A DNA stretch of 64,000 nucleotides from a virus (Duplodnaviria > Caudoviricetes), in the IMG/VR virus record IMGVR_UViG_3300025150_000002, positions 32,001 through 96,000 of that record; one strand, given 5' to 3'. A program made the position numbers and the translations under genes. The notes under the pieces are model-generated. The model worked only from the letters and a program-made list of their open reading frames with translations. It was not told the origin of the DNA and did not search any database. Every line of letters begins with the position of its first letter. Within the stretch, counting starts at the first letter, position 1. Of this stretch, positions 1-8,816 are shown one piece after another.

Positions 1-2
1 GT

Positions 3-947
3 TTGAGCAACTCCGGCGACTACGACTTGAGCACGTCTGGTGGACTCTTGAACTTCACCGCGAGCACTACGACGGTTGTCGTCTCGTCGGCGCCCGGAAC
101 TGTCACGACACCTGACATGATCGCCGTCGGCGACTTGATCGAGGGCGATGACGGACGCTTCTACGAGGTGGCCTCGATCGCGGGTAGCCCGAACGTCACG
201 TCATTTAACGTCCCTGTGTCTAAGCCATACGTAGGACCGACCCAGGTAAACGTTGCGAGCCGTCGACGACGCCGGTTTCTGCTGGAGTTCAAGATCGTAT
301 CGTCAGGCGTTGAATCAGCTGCCACGCTTGCCGCAGGGACCTACAAGTTCTTCTTCCCGGCGTGGTTTACGCTGGAGAAATCGAACCTCGACGCTACGCT
401 GCAGATGCTCGCGCCGGGCGATACATCAGTCCCTCAGGCATCATCGTCGCTTGCAGGTGTCGCCCTGGCCGCGCCAGGACACGTCTCCTCTCCCGCAGCT
501 CTGATCGGGGCGATCCAGACCGCCACCTCCGGCGGCGGCGGCCCGATCGGTAACGGTAACTTCCACACGATCAACTTCTCTGCTGGCGCCTCTCAGAGCG
601 CTCCAGGCGTCTTGGATGTAGCGCTATCTGCGGGGGCATCCGGACCAGCGGGTCCGACAGGTCCGACAGGTCCGACAGGGCCCATCGGTCCAGGCTTCTC
701 AAGCATCGAGCCCTTCCAAAGCAAGGTTCTGGCGACCGCTGGTCTCCCTGCGAGTGGTACGATTGGTTACACTTTCAGCGGCGCGGTTCGTGGGTTCAAC
801 ACCCAGACGTCCCTGCTTAATACCGGTGCCTTTGGTCCCGGTCAGTACGAGATCTCCAACATCACAGTCTCGACGAATACGGTGAACGTGAGTTGGAGCG
901 GTGTGGCGAACTTCAGCCTCTCAATCGGAGTGACGGCATTCATCTAA
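3..947 (+). CDS. virion structural protein with short collagen-like stretch (probably 5'-partial)
   Basis: Open from the window edge; G/S/T/A-rich beta-type sequence; GPAGPTGPTGPTGPIGPG Gly-X-Y repeat. Confidence 0.7.
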   Translation: MSNSGDYDLSTSGGLLNFTASTTTVVVSSAPGTVTTPDMIAVGDLIEGDDGRFYEVASIAGSPNVTSFNVPVSKPYVGPTQVNVASRRRRRFLLEFKIVSSGVESAATLAAGTYKFFFPAWFTLEKSNLDATLQMLAPGDTSVPQASSSLAGVALAAPGHVSSPAALIGAIQTATSGGGGPIGNGNFHTINFSAGASQSAPGVLDVALSAGASGPAGPTGPTGPTGPIGPGFSSIEPFQSKVLATAGLPASGTIGYTFSGAVRGFNTQTSLLNTGAFGPGQYEISNITVSTNTVNVSWSGVANFSLSIGVTAFI

Positions 948-1528
948 TGAGACACATCATCTGGCTAAAGGCCGACGGGTCTATTGGTGGGTTTCACATC
1001 ATCACCGGAGGATGGGCCCCAGACTTCGACCCGAATGATCTAACCGAGTCCAACACACAGGCCAAGTTCGTTCGGGATCACCACGCAGCTAACCCGAGCA
1101 ACGGGTTCCACTCGTTCTTCGAGTACGAGTGCCCGTGCAGTCCATCTGCAGGATTCTGCGACTGCCCTAACAACACGTGCGCAAACTGCCATGTCGACGG
1201 GGGCCTGCTCAAGATCAAGCCCACGCTATCGTTGCTGCTCACCAACCAGGTGGTAGGAGCTACCTCCGAGATAGCACCTCTCGTGCTGGCTGCAGGAGCC
1301 GAAGTCCCAATCAAGTTCACTGGCTCCCTCCCAGACACTACAGTGGTGTCTGTCGACCGAGTCGGCGGACCTGATAGCTTCGAGACGCTGCCGACGACGT
1401 TCACTTTTGGTGGTAACGAGACCCCAGAGCAGACCTTTTTGGTCCCGGCCAAGGGCCAGATCAGTGTGTTCAGGATAGATGCGGGCAAATACGTGCGGCC
1501 TAGGATCGTAGTCGTGAAGGGCTGGTAG
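947..1528 (+). CDS. hypothetical protein with Cys cluster
   Basis: ATG overlaps the upstream TAA (TAATG); CPCSPSAGFCDCPNNTCANC cluster. Confidence 0.7.
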   Translation: MRHIIWLKADGSIGGFHIITGGWAPDFDPNDLTESNTQAKFVRDHHAANPSNGFHSFFEYECPCSPSAGFCDCPNNTCANCHVDGGLLKIKPTLSLLLTNQVVGATSEIAPLVLAAGAEVPIKFTGSLPDTTVVSVDRVGGPDSFETLPTTFTFGGNETPEQTFLVPAKGQISVFRIDAGKYVRPRIVVVKGW

Positions 1529-1532
1529 CCTG

Positions 1533-2303
1533 TTGTTCTACAGATGTCTCTACGAGCGTCGGTACACATCGGTCGACCTAACAAACGCTTACTCCGGCAC
1601 GCCTGTCTTCATTATCGGAGGAAACCCGAGCCTGAAGACCCTGCCATTGGACCGGCTGGAGTCTTCCAGGCTTCCTACACTAGCGCTCAACAATGCGCTA
1701 TACGTTTACCCAAACCCGACGATGTGGCTCACTGCGGACCGCCCACTCTGCTACGGAGGGCACTTCTTCGCACGCCCGGATATCACCAAGTTCGCCTACA
1801 TGAACTACCGGGACGAGGTGGTCCAGGCGACGGGTAGAGCGCTCAAAGACCACCCAATGATGTTGTTCTACACGGCGTCGGAAGGAGAGATCACCTCTGG
1901 GTTCTTCGAGGACAAACCGGCCTTCACCTGGTGTAAATCGGTCTTCCCGTTGGCATTGCAACTTGCGTGGAGGGCCGGCGCTCGACGCGTCTACTTGGTG
2001 GGTTGCTCGTTTCTGACCAATGGTCAGGTTCCGTACGCATGGGGTGCTCGTCTTACACCCCCACAAGTCACATGGAGCCAGTTGACCTACGATGACGACA
2101 TCAATCGTCTAAGACGGTTGCGGCCCATCTTCGATGCCCATGGATTCGAGATAGTCAGCTGTACGCCGAACAGCAGGGCGAACGAGATCTTTCCGCTGGT
2201 TGACCTAGCATCTGCAATCGCCGTCGAGTTGGCTAGGCTTCCTCAGCCAACGCCGGTTAGCGAGTTGATACACAGCTCAGAGACTAGACTTCCAGGACTT
2301 TGA
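1533..2303 (+). CDS. DUF115/MptE-like (glycosyltransferase-like nucleotide-binding) protein
   Basis: VFIIGGNPSL...LALN and GARRVYLVGCSF motifs typical of this family. Confidence 0.55.
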   Translation: MFYRCLYERRYTSVDLTNAYSGTPVFIIGGNPSLKTLPLDRLESSRLPTLALNNALYVYPNPTMWLTADRPLCYGGHFFARPDITKFAYMNYRDEVVQATGRALKDHPMMLFYTASEGEITSGFFEDKPAFTWCKSVFPLALQLAWRAGARRVYLVGCSFLTNGQVPYAWGARLTPPQVTWSQLTYDDDINRLRRLRPIFDAHGFEIVSCTPNSRANEIFPLVDLASAIAVELARLPQPTPVSELIHSSETRLPGL

Positions 2304-4743
2304 AGCGACCGGTGCGGAAGCGGCTGAGGCGAACCAGATCCTCTCCCTCAGGGAAGAGACTCATCTGACCGCCCTTGGACTCGCCGCCGCCACCGCCGCT
2401 GTAGGCCGGACCTCGCGGGCCGCCGGACTTCTTCTTCTTCGGATCGTAGATGTCCTTGTGGTCACCACGGTTCACCGATGTCATGCCCTCGGGAGTAGGC
2501 TGGTCGGCGGGAATGGAGCCCACATGGCTAGGAGACTTGCCTCCCTTACCTCCGCCTCCGCCTCCGCCCTTACCTCCGCCACCAGCCGGGTTGGCCGCAG
2601 GAGCAGCTCCTGGCTTCGCGGCGCCCAGCCTCGGAACTGCAGGTGACGGCGCCGCAGGCGCCGCCTTCCCTGCCCCGGCGAAGGCCGGCTTGGCTGCGTC
2701 TGGACCGCCCGTCAGCTTGGGCGGCGCGGCAGGCCTTTCAGCAGCAGCAGGAGCTGCCTGCCTAGGCTCTCCGCCCTTCACAGCCTGCGCGTAAGGACTC
2801 GGCTTCGGCTCAGGCTTCGGCTCAGGCCTCTGAGCTGCGGCCTTGGCGAAGATGCTAGGCTTTTCCGGAGCGGCCGGAGCAGCCGGAGCAGGCTTGGACG
2901 CTGGCGCCGGTGCCGGCGGCTTTGCCCCGGGGCGTGCGAACGACGGCAGCTTGGACTTCTTTGCGGCCTGCGCGGCTGCAGCATCAGCGTCCGCCTGCGC
3001 GGCAGCCGCGTCGCCGGGGGCGGCGGCTTGGGCCTTCTCAGCCTGTGCCTTCTCAGCTTTCTTAGCCTGCAGCTTAGCTTCGCGGGCTGCTTTCGCAGCC
3101 TCTGGGTCTGGGATGTCCTTCTTCAGCGCAAACCGCTCGGCTTGCTTCTGCTTGATTGCAGCTTGGTCCGCAGGATCCTTAGGAAGATGCTCAGCTGGAA
3201 CATCTAGCTCGGCGCCCTTTTGAGCGTGCCGCGCTTTGGCCGCCTTGATGTCGGCCAACTCCTTCTCGCGGCGCTCCTGCGCAGGACTCTTGCCGCTGGG
3301 TCCGGGAGCTAGTTCATCTGGCGCGGCACCGGCCATTTGTTGACGACCCTGCTTTTCCAGGGCTGCTCTCTGCTGCTGTTGCTCAGGCGTTTTACCGGCC
3401 TGGTGTTGCTTCTCCCACTTCTTGTGGACCTCTTCGTCTCCAATGGTTTTTTCGGCGCGCGAAACCGCCGCGTCGCCGGCCCGCTGGTCAGCCTTCTCCT
3501 GCCGACGCCTTTGGGACCTTGGTGACCCAGCGACATCTTGATGGAACTGATCGAGCTTACGATCCTTGAGGATCTGTCTTCCACCTGTAGCCTTCGCTAC
3601 GGCCAACTGAATCCTCTGCTTTGCCTTCTCGGCCAGCTTCGGATCGTCTCCTGTGTCTGGCCCATGCTCATCTTCGAAGTCGGACAGAGCCTGATGAGCT
3701 GCGTCCTGAGCAGCTCGGGCGTCAGCCTTCTGTTGAGGACTCTGCCCGCGCAGATGTGCGATACCCCTTCGAGCGGCCCCCGCCACCCGTCCTAGCAGAC
3801 TTCCCTTTGGTTGCGCGCCAGGAGCAGCGCCAGGAGCAGCGCCAGGAGCAGCGCCAGGAGCAGCGCCAGGAGCCGCGTCTGGCTCGCCTGCGGCTAGTGC
3901 TGGAGCGTCAGCAGCCGGAGCAGCAGGAGCAGCAGGAGCAGCAGCCGCCTGGTCTCGTTGATGTGTTTGCTGAATGCGCTGAGTTAGTTCATCTGGGGTC
4001 AGCCCGGCCCTGCCTGCAGCACCTTGCTGGGCCTTGGCCTGAGTCGTGGCCTTGTAGGCGGCCTTGAGAGCCTGGTGGCCCTTCAAGCCGGCCGCCTCGC
4101 CCGCCTTTCGGAGTCCCCTAACATGGCCCAGCGCCTTGCCGAGACCGGCGACCGCTAGTCCGCCAGCCGCGCCAGCAAGACCGCCAAACGCGCCGCCGGC
4201 GGCCATTGCAGCTGACTTCTTCGGATTCTTTCGAACCCACTGGCCGGCCTTGTGAGCAACCGAGCCCTCATCTCCTTGGGCCCCAGCGACACCCTTCACG
4301 AACTGGCCAGCACCCCTAAGCGCTCCGCCCACAACCCCACCGACCGCCTTACGGGCACCCTGTCCAATCTTGTGGGATATGGATCCCTCGTCTCCGCGAG
4401 CGCCAACGACGCCCTTCGCGAACTGACCGAGCGTCGAGCTCTTAGGCTGGGGCGGTGCCGCTTGAGGCGCTTGACCCTGCCCCCTAGTCAATCGGAACGA
4501 GCGATGAGCAGGCGCGGCCGCCTGACGCGGTTGAGTGGGCGGTCCGCGACGCTCAACGAGCATCAGCGGTGTACGCCGCATGTTGATCTGACTCTCACCG
4601 ACCATGGTCCGATAGACCACCAAATCGCGAGGATCGATCAGGTCTTCGGTCAGGCGCGGAGACCGGTCCTCTCCGAGGCAGTAACCACGGAGTTTCACGA
4701 ACTTGTGCTTAGACACAAGGAGTAGTGCGGAGCGATCAGCCAC
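2284..4743 (-). CDS. low-complexity Ala/Gly/Lys/Pro-rich protein, probable head-internal protein
   Basis: 819-aa ORF, compositionally biased; N-terminal LTE-D, VGE-S and LVE motifs. Confidence 0.65.
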   Translation of the reverse strand: MADRSALLLVSKHKFVKLRGYCLGEDRSPRLTEDLIDPRDLVVYRTMVGESQINMRRTPLMLVERRGPPTQPRQAAAPAHRSFRLTRGQGQAPQAAPPQPKSSTLGQFAKGVVGARGDEGSISHKIGQGARKAVGGVVGGALRGAGQFVKGVAGAQGDEGSVAHKAGQWVRKNPKKSAAMAAGGAFGGLAGAAGGLAVAGLGKALGHVRGLRKAGEAAGLKGHQALKAAYKATTQAKAQQGAAGRAGLTPDELTQRIQQTHQRDQAAAAPAAPAAPAADAPALAAGEPDAAPGAAPGAAPGAAPGAAPGAQPKGSLLGRVAGAARRGIAHLRGQSPQQKADARAAQDAAHQALSDFEDEHGPDTGDDPKLAEKAKQRIQLAVAKATGGRQILKDRKLDQFHQDVAGSPRSQRRRQEKADQRAGDAAVSRAEKTIGDEEVHKKWEKQHQAGKTPEQQQQRAALEKQGRQQMAGAAPDELAPGPSGKSPAQERREKELADIKAAKARHAQKGAELDVPAEHLPKDPADQAAIKQKQAERFALKKDIPDPEAAKAAREAKLQAKKAEKAQAEKAQAAAPGDAAAAQADADAAAAQAAKKSKLPSFARPGAKPPAPAPASKPAPAAPAAPEKPSIFAKAAAQRPEPKPEPKPSPYAQAVKGGEPRQAAPAAAERPAAPPKLTGGPDAAKPAFAGAGKAAPAAPSPAVPRLGAAKPGAAPAANPAGGGGKGGGGGGGKGGKSPSHVGSIPADQPTPEGMTSVNRGDHKDIYDPKKKKSGGPRGPAYSGGGGGESKGGQMSLFPEGEDLVRLSRFRTGRFKVLEV
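3815..3874. repeat. 12-bp tandem repeat x5 encoding APGA repeats
   Basis: gcgccaggagca repeated five times (last copy imperfect). Confidence 0.9.
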
Positions 4744-4753
4744 GTAGCCGTCC

Positions 4754-5098
4754 TTAGACGATCAGAGCTCTGAGGTAGTGACGGAACTCCATTGGGCCGG
4801 CCAGGGATGCCTCGATGCGGCCCGATGTGAGTCGCACACGGACGTAGCGGTGTGTCAGTGGTACACCGGCCGTGACGAGGTCGACCATCCGACGGTGGTT
4901 CTTGAAGGTCAGGTTGACCGTCGTCACGTTTGCCATGAGGTCAGGGTCGTTGGTCGCCCCACTCTCGATGACGACGACGGCGGCGTCAGTGACCGATGAG
5001 ACCCACAGCACGGCGTCTACGGGCTGCTCGCGGAACTCGACCCACAGCTCGTCCTTGGGGAACGCGACGAGTGGGATATCGTCCTTCTTGATGTGCAT
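4754..5098 (-). CDS. hypothetical protein (small beta-rich, possibly virion)
   Basis: 114-aa ORF packed in the minus-strand run. Confidence 0.7.
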   Translation of the reverse strand: MHIKKDDIPLVAFPKDELWVEFREQPVDAVLWVSSVTDAAVVVIESGATNDPDLMANVTTVNLTFKNHRRMVDLVTAGVPLTHRYVRVRLTSGRIEASLAGPMEFRHYLRALIV

Positions 5099-5142
5099 CT
5101 ATGTCTCCCGTGTGTTCTTGCTACGAGTGCGCGGATCTGGCG

Positions 5143-5505
5143 CTAGTCACCGGCGATGATGGCTTCCAGCTCCGTGCTATTGGCGCCCGAAGTGACGAAT
5201 AGGGCAGTGATGCCGTTCTCCGACATGAGAATACCGTCGCCGGGCCCGAACGAGAACGCGGGCGCCACTACGCTGTTGAACTTGAGGCTAACCGGGAAGT
5301 TGGTCCGCAGGAACACGCGCTTGGCCAGCGAGACGCCGCCAAAACTCACCTCCTGGTCCACCGTGCTTCCGGCCACCACCATCGGGAAGTGCTGAGTCAC
5401 CTCCGACACGAGTAGTGTGTCAGCGATCACCTTCTGGGCTTCGATGGTGCCCGCAGCGTTGTAGATCTGAAACGTCCCGTTGATCTTGACTGTCTTTGAA
5501 GCCAT
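5143..5505 (-). CDS. hypothetical protein (small beta-rich, possibly virion)
   Basis: ATG at 5505 (MASKTVK); GTG-TAGAAT -10-like box at 5526-5534. Confidence 0.7.
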   Translation of the reverse strand: MASKTVKINGTFQIYNAAGTIEAQKVIADTLLVSEVTQHFPMVVAGSTVDQEVSFGGVSLAKRVFLRTNFPVSLKFNSVVAPAFSFGPGDGILMSENGITALFVTSGANSTELEAIIAGD

Positions 5506-5562
5506 GGTCCGCACCTCGTGCTGGCATTCTACACCTTCGCATCAGTCATGCGAAGGTAGATG

Positions 5563-6537
5563 CTACTTCGACTTAGACTCGGTCCCCTTCGACCGCTTTA
5601 TCTTCGCCTTCGTTTCCTCATTGGACTTAGGGGTCGACACGCGCCCCTCGTAGATGGAATCGAGCTCCCCGGGTGTCTGTGGGGGGATGATCGCCTTGAT
5701 CTTGTCGGCCACGGCCTGGGCCGCAGGACCGAGCAGCACCGGCACCGGTAACTGCTCGTCGCCCTCGACCGCCAGATCGGCCACTTTGGCCGGCTGCTCG
5801 GGGATCTTGAGATCCGCCTTCACCCGGTTAGTGAACTCCTCTACCTCGTCCACTGCCTTGAAGTCAGAGCCAGGCAGCACGTCGATGCGAACTGTATTGT
5901 TCGTGATGGTGTAGATCTTCCGCGTCTGGTTGCGGCCTGCGAGCTCACTCGTGAACGTGAGCTCGGCGAGGCCGATAAGTCCCTCCTTGAGAGCCTCTTC
6001 GGTGGGACGCCAAGCGTTGACGCTGTCAGGGAGCGAACCCTGATGGCCTAGATTGGCTTCGAGGTAGAGTGTTCCGCCCTTCTTCATGGATCCGACTACG
6101 TTCGAGATCAGACCCTTGGGGTGAGGAACCTCGTCGAGCCCCTCTGCCCAAAACACAATGTCGAACGACTCGACCGGCTTGTCGTCGCCCATACGAAGGC
6201 TGAAGGTCGCTCCGATCACGTCATCTGCGAGCTCAGACACGACAGGAAGAGCTCGGTGGTAGATCGACCGTGGCTCAAGCGCAACCACTGTCGATGCGCC
6301 AGCCCGCAGCGCGGCAACAGCAAGCCCGCCATTGCCAGGGCAGACGACCAGGACGTTCTTGCCGGCCACATCGGCCCCAAGGCGGGTCATGTAGCTCACA
6401 GGGTCGAACTTACCGGGTAAAGAGACGTCTTCGCCGAAGTTGATGCTGAACGAAAATGCATCGCCAGGGGTGAAGGACGATGACGCCTTGAAGGTCCGAA
6501 TCCGAAGATCCATGTCGGTGTCAGTAGTGGTCATCAA
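5563..6537 (-). CDS. class I SAM-dependent methyltransferase-fold protein (CmoB/DUF1698-like, degenerate motif I)
   Basis: GKNVLVVCPGNGG...GASTVVALE, FDIVF and KKGGTLYLE motifs. Confidence 0.6.
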   Translation of the reverse strand: MMTTTDTDMDLRIRTFKASSSFTPGDAFSFSINFGEDVSLPGKFDPVSYMTRLGADVAGKNVLVVCPGNGGLAVAALRAGASTVVALEPRSIYHRALPVVSELADDVIGATFSLRMGDDKPVESFDIVFWAEGLDEVPHPKGLISNVVGSMKKGGTLYLEANLGHQGSLPDSVNAWRPTEEALKEGLIGLAELTFTSELAGRNQTRKIYTITNNTVRIDVLPGSDFKAVDEVEEFTNRVKADLKIPEQPAKVADLAVEGDEQLPVPVLLGPAAQAVADKIKAIIPPQTPGELDSIYEGRVSTPKSNEETKAKIKRSKGTESKSK

Positions 6538-6542
6538 TTACC

Positions 6543-6788
6543 TCAGCTTTCGCTGGTTGTCGGGTTATCAGGAGTGCGAGTACGGAGTGGGCTACGAGTC
6601 GGCCCCTCCAGCTTAATGAGGCTACAAAGCCTCTCGAAGTCTGCTTCGTGGATCTCGAAGGTCATGAACGGCCGCTTGCAGCTCTTGCAAGTGCGACGTC
6701 GCTGCTTGCACACATCAACCGGTTTGGTCTCCGGGATGGTGGTCTTCAAGACGTACGTCTTGTCGTTTTCGCAGCGAGGACATTTCAT
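6543..6788 (-). CDS. NrdR-type zinc ribbon protein lacking the ATP-cone
   Basis: MKCPRC...RRRTCKSCKRPFMTFE matches the NrdR N-terminal CPxC...RRRxCxxC..F.TFE pattern; only 81 aa. Confidence 0.75.
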   Translation of the reverse strand: MKCPRCENDKTYVLKTTIPETKPVDVCKQRRRTCKSCKRPFMTFEIHEADFERLCSLIKLEGPTRSPLRTRTPDNPTTSES

Positions 6789-7120
6789 CGAACGCGGAAC
6801 CGTGTGCCAAAACTCTTGCGAGGTGCTCCGGCGACCAGTTTGCGGGCCGCGTAACGCGACCGCTGCTTGCGCTCTCGCTTGGCCCGAAACACGTCGCGCT
6901 CTGGCTTATCAATCCGCTCCATTGTCTTGCGCATGTTGTTCGTGATGCGGTCCACCTTGTGTGGCTCCATGAGTCCGCCCACTCCGGACTTGGCCTTAGG
7001 AAGTGGCTTCACACGAGACTTGAACAGTGATGATTCCTCCAAAAAAGAATCAGCTTCCTGCACGAGGTCGGCAATACCGTGCAAGAGGTCACTTACGCGT
7101 TGGTCACGTGGAAGGCGCAT
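6785..7120 (-). CDS. hypothetical basic protein
   Basis: 111-aa ORF overlapping the next gene by 4 nt. Confidence 0.6.
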   Translation of the reverse strand: MRLPRDQRVSDLLHGIADLVQEADSFLEESSLFKSRVKPLPKAKSGVGGLMEPHKVDRITNNMRKTMERIDKPERDVFRAKRERKQRSRYAARKLVAGAPRKSFGTRFRVR

Positions 7121-7163
7121 CGAAATATCTTACACCTAACTGATGGGATAGGTCCAGCTACCG

Positions 7164-8816
7164 CTAGATGATGTATGTGGGAAACCCACTCCAATCGTCT
7201 CCGCCTTCCATCGGCAGGGGCGGCTCATCGGGCCATCTGAAGTTGCCATCAGCGGTCATTATGGCCTCTCCAGGAACCCCGGCGGCCTCGACGGCCACAC
7301 CCAACGAAATACCGCCTATTCCAATGTGCTGCCAGTTTGTGGCGAGGTAGTGGACAACGGCCGCGAAGGCGTCAGCTAGATCCTTCGACCCGGTCTTCGG
7401 GTGGTCAACCTTCGTTCCCTGATCGTTCAGCTCAAGCTCGCGAAGCTCCTTCGCGAGCATGGGGTAAACAGGCGTCTCGATCCGTCGCTCATACATCGCA
7501 CCCTGGGCCGCGAGGTACGGATCAAGCGTGCGTTGAGTCGAGATCTCCTCTGTCTTGAACCCGTGTCTGGCAATCAGCTGCAGGTTTGGGAGGCCCATCC
7601 AATGGTCCGCTGAGACGGACCGAATCGGAAGCCCTCCCTCGCGCAACTTATAGATGAGTCCTCGAACCAGTTCGTGCTCAATCTCGCCTGCATGAGGAGG
7701 GACAATGCGAAGACACATGTCGATGTGAATGATCGGGGCGTCCTCTTTGACCCGTTCACGAGTGACCGGGTCGAGACGGTCTACCTCTGTTTCTCCCGCT
7801 ACGTGGCCAACGCAGATGCCAGTGGCGTCTTTGTTTTTGGAGAGGTCCATGTGGCAGTGGCGGTGAGCATTAGGACAGCATCTCGGAACCGGATCACCAT
7901 GAACATTCGTCATGGTCATGTTGCCCCAGATGGGATTGATCTCCCGACTGGTGGTCCACTCGTAGACATGGAACGGGTGCGGCCGCTCCGGCTTCTGCAT
8001 GTCCTGGATGGCTTCTCGGTTCGAGAAGAACGGTCGGAACGACTCAAGCGCGATACCGGCGATATCGCGGGCCGCACCCGCCGGATCGTTCATGAACTCC
8101 TTGTAGTACTCGTCTGGGAACTTGAACCAGATCTCATCTTCTTCAGGCTGCTCTTCGTCCTTGAGAACCCGAACTCGACCGTGGTTTTGGTGTACAGCGG
8201 CACGCCACCATTTCTGACCAGCGAACGCGCCGGGCCGAACATCCCATGTCGCGTAGTCGCGACAGAAGACGTTGTTGTCCTCATCGGTAATGGCCTCGCG
8301 GAGTCGTCGCTCGGTAAAGTCGTGTATCGACTTTTTCGACGAGATCATGATCAGCCGACCGCGAAGACCCTTCGCCGCATAGGTGCCTCGAATACGACGG
8401 CGAAGCGAGTCGTAGATGCCCTCGGACTTATCATCCTTTCCACCACCCGCCGATACGTGGTTCCGTTGCTGCTTCGCGAAGAAGTTACCCTCGTCCATCA
8501 GCGCGGCCCAGACGTTGAGACCGAGAGCGGCGCCTTCACTCGAACCACCGGCGATGATGACGATGTCCTTTCCAGGAAACCGTATCTCCTCCTTGGTGTA
8601 ATCGTATCGTCCCTTCCAGAATGGGGCCAGCGTCATCTTCGCGACGATGCCCTTGAAGACGACTCGCTGAGCTGCCTCTTTGGTGTGCGAGATTGGGACG
8701 ATGTGAATAGTCTCGCCGCGTCCCAGGCCCAGGGTGTCAGTGGGGCGCTTAAGGCAATAGAGCTCGTATATGATTCGCAGCAGCGCTGTGGTGGAGAAGT
8801 AGTCCTTTCCATTCAA
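7164..8816 (-). CDS. terL: terminase large subunit, distal part (GKD of Walker A onward: Walker B, nuclease domain)
   Basis: GKDYFS..., AALMDEG Walker B, HCHMDLSKNKDATG and DHPKTGSKDLADA RNase H-like nuclease motifs. Confidence 0.9.
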   Translation of the reverse strand: MNGKDYFSTTALLRIIYELYCLKRPTDTLGLGRGETIHIVPISHTKEAAQRVVFKGIVAKMTLAPFWKGRYDYTKEEIRFPGKDIVIIAGGSSEGAALGLNVWAALMDEGNFFAKQQRNHVSAGGGKDDKSEGIYDSLRRRIRGTYAAKGLRGRLIMISSKKSIHDFTERRLREAITDEDNNVFCRDYATWDVRPGAFAGQKWWRAAVHQNHGRVRVLKDEEQPEEDEIWFKFPDEYYKEFMNDPAGAARDIAGIALESFRPFFSNREAIQDMQKPERPHPFHVYEWTTSREINPIWGNMTMTNVHGDPVPRCCPNAHRHCHMDLSKNKDATGICVGHVAGETEVDRLDPVTRERVKEDAPIIHIDMCLRIVPPHAGEIEHELVRGLIYKLREGGLPIRSVSADHWMGLPNLQLIARHGFKTEEISTQRTLDPYLAAQGAMYERRIETPVYPMLAKELRELELNDQGTKVDHPKTGSKDLADAFAAVVHYLATNWQHIGIGGISLGVAVEAAGVPGEAIMTADGNFRWPDEPPLPMEGGDDWSGFPTYII

